64,000 nt of DNA from an uncultured Bacteroidales bacterium (GTDB lineage: Bacteria > Bacteroidota > Bacteroidia > Bacteroidales > Muribaculaceae): NCBI GenBank assembly GCA_900542185.1, contig UQMZ01000001.1:65035-129034 (forward strand), read 5' to 3'. The notes beneath the pieces were generated by a model. It was not told the DNA's origin. It worked only from the letters and a program-made list of their open reading frames with translations, and did not search any database. Position 1 is the first letter of the stretch. Each line of letters begins with the position of its first letter. This document shows positions 62,701 to 64,000 of the stretch, piece by piece. The translations under genes and the position numbers were made by a program.

Positions 62701-63592
62701 GCTGGATTACGAGACAATCCACCTGAGCGACTGGACCGAGGACGAGCGCATAAACGGAATGATAAGCAAACTTATCACCAACTATCTGCGCAAGTCGAAG
62801 AAGATAGACGCCGAGCTGCACCGCCGCAAGTTCGACATCACCATCGGTGACGAGCTTCCCGCCGGCATCATGCAGATGGCCAAGGTGTACATCGCCAAGA
62901 AGCGTAAGATCGGCGTTGGTGACAAGATGGCAGGACGTCACGGTAACAAGGGTATCGTCAGCCGCGTGGTGCGTCAGGAGGATATGCCGTTCCTGGCCGA
63001 CGGAACTCCCGTGGACATCGTGCTGAACCCGCTGGGTGTGCCTTCGCGTATGAACCTGGGTCAGATATTCGAGACAGTGCTCGGATGGGCCGGCCGCGAA
63101 CTTGGCGAGAAATTTGCCACTCCTATCTTCGACGGAGCAAGTCTGGACGACCTGAACGAATGGACGGACAAGGCGGGACTGCCCCGCTACGGCAAGACAT
63201 ACCTGTACGACGGCGGCACGGGCGACCGTTTCGACCAGCCGGCCACTGTGGGCGTGATCTACATGCTGAAGCTGGGTCACATGGTCGAGGACAAGATGCA
63301 CGCACGTTCCATCGGTCCGTACTCGCTGATCACGCAGCAGCCTCTGGGCGGTAAGGCCCAGTTCGGAGGCCAGCGTTTCGGAGAGATGGAGGTCTGGGCG
63401 CTCGAGGCATTCGGCGCCGCCCACATTCTGCAGGAGATCCTTACCATTAAGTCGGACGACGTGGTAGGCCGCAGCAAGGCTTACGAGGCTATCGTCAAGG
63501 GTGACGCGATGCCGGAACCCGGCATTCCCGAATCGCTCAACGTGCTGCTGCACGAGCTGTCGGGTCTGGGACTGAGCATCACTCTCGACTAA
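59777..63592 (+). CDS. rpoB: DNA-directed RNA polymerase subunit beta, 1271 aa
   Basis: Full-length conservation, e.g. [16 protein letters not shown] and [11 protein letters not shown]. Confidence 0.95.
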   Translation: MSVNLTEKPRVNFASIKNPLPFPDFLEIQLKSFRDFLQLDTPPEERKNQGLYKVFAENFPITDTRNNFVLEFLDYYIDPPRYTIDECLKRGLTYSVPLKAKLKLSCTDPDHVDFDTTIQDVYLGTIPYMTEQGTFVINGAERVVVSQLHRSPGVFFGNSMHANGTKLYSARIIPFRGSWIEFATDINNVMYAYIDRKKKLPVTTLLRAIGFETDKEIVEIFDLAEEIKVTESNLKKVIGRRLAGRVMESMHEDFVDPDTGEVTSMERNTLIVERGSEISEDNIEMILNSGVKTILLEKEGVAAVDYSIIFNTLQRDMSNSEQEAVTYIYRQLRNADPPDPASAREVIQSLFFSEKRYDLGEVGRYRINKKLGLDTPMEVKVLTREDIIAIIKYLIELINAKSDVDDIDHLSNRRVRTVGEQLYNQFGVGLARIARSIREKMNVRDNEVFKPIDLINAKTISAVINTFFGTNALSQFMDQTNPLAEITHKRRMSALGPGGLSRERAGFEVRDVHYTHYGRLCPIETPEGPNIGLISSLCVYAKINNLGFIETPYRKVENGVVDLNNDDVVYMTAEIEEGKTIAQGNAPVNDDGTFINNRVKARLEADFPIVAPNELDLMDVSPLQIASIAASLIPFLEHDDANRALMGSNMMRQAVPLLRSEAPIVGTGIEGQLIRDSRTQITAEGKGVIEYVDAERIRIKYDRTEDEEFVEFEPATKEYKLPKFRRTNQGTTIDLRPICNKGQRVEEGDILTEGYSTEKGELALGRNLKVAFMPWKGYNYEDAIVLNERMVREDILTSVHVDEYSIDVRETKRGMEELTSDIPNVSEDATKDLDERGIIRVGAYVVPGDIMIGKITPKGESDPTPEEKLLRAIFGDKAGDVKDASLKATPSLKGVVIGTSLFSKATKKKGNKNSVNAQLPMLVEEYEEKQTELKDLMISKLKALLKGKKSMGIQDYIGVDIVPKGSTFDNIDFNSLDYETIHLSDWTEDERINGMISKLITNYLRKSKKIDAELHRRKFDITIGDELPAGIMQMAKVYIAKKRKIGVGDKMAGRHGNKGIVSRVVRQEDMPFLADGTPVDIVLNPLGVPSRMNLGQIFETVLGWAGRELGEKFATPIFDGASLDDLNEWTDKAGLPRYGKTYLYDGGTGDRFDQPATVGVIYMLKLGHMVEDKMHARSIGPYSLITQQPLGGKAQFGGQRFGEMEVWALEAFGAAHILQEILTIKSDDVVGRSKAYEAIVKGDAMPEPGIPESLNVLLHELSGLGLSITLD

Positions 63593-64000
<408 letters not shown>

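Noticed and set aside
60308-63553. 1081-aa minus-strand ORF
   Set aside because: Antisense to rpoB. Long open antisense frames are common in GC-rich highly expressed genes.

Overview
This 64-kb window is from a Bacteroidota (Bacteroidales-type) chromosome. Supporting cues are SusC/SusD genes, T9SS C-terminal sorting domains and -33 TTTG / -7 TAnnTTTG promoter motifs. It falls into four blocks. (1) 1-13725, minus strand: a tightly packed operon headed by a cobalamin riboswitch with a terminator-type expression platform. It encodes a BtuB-like TonB-dependent receptor, a BtuG-like beta-propeller lipoprotein and a 414-aa lipoprotein. These are followed by three consecutive secreted proteins that share an unassigned ~200-aa domain (four copies in total). 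Two of them carry T9SS C-terminal domains, and the last is a giant (>2130 aa, runs off the window) BspA-type leucine-rich-repeat / Ig-like / beta-propeller surface protein. (2) 13866-18289: a small regulatory island with a hipBA toxin-antitoxin pair, a Crp/Fnr regulator, a lipoprotein and a LuxR-type solo regulator. (3) 18499-35757: a polysaccharide utilisation locus (SusC, SusD, surface glycan-binding protein, GH26, GH59, GH2, a T9SS-exported protein). It is divergently paired with a sensor-propeller/AraC regulator that lacks kinase and receiver domains. (4) 35787-64000: housekeeping genes. These are hflX with a coupled beta-helix protein, skp-like, two pepD paralogs flanking a muramidase-like lipoprotein gene, a NYN-domain protein, a TolC-RND-adaptor efflux operon beside a LytS/LytTR two-component pair with 21-bp-phased direct repeats between them, glmS, and the conserved tRNA(Tyr-Gly-Thr)-tuf-tRNA(Trp)-secE-nusG-rplKAJL-rpoB-rpoC cluster. 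The best candidate for a new system is the B12-riboswitch-controlled operon whose downstream T9SS cargo proteins share an uncharacterised repeated domain, a possible new family of corrinoid-capturing surface proteins. No CRISPR array, transposase or integrase was seen.
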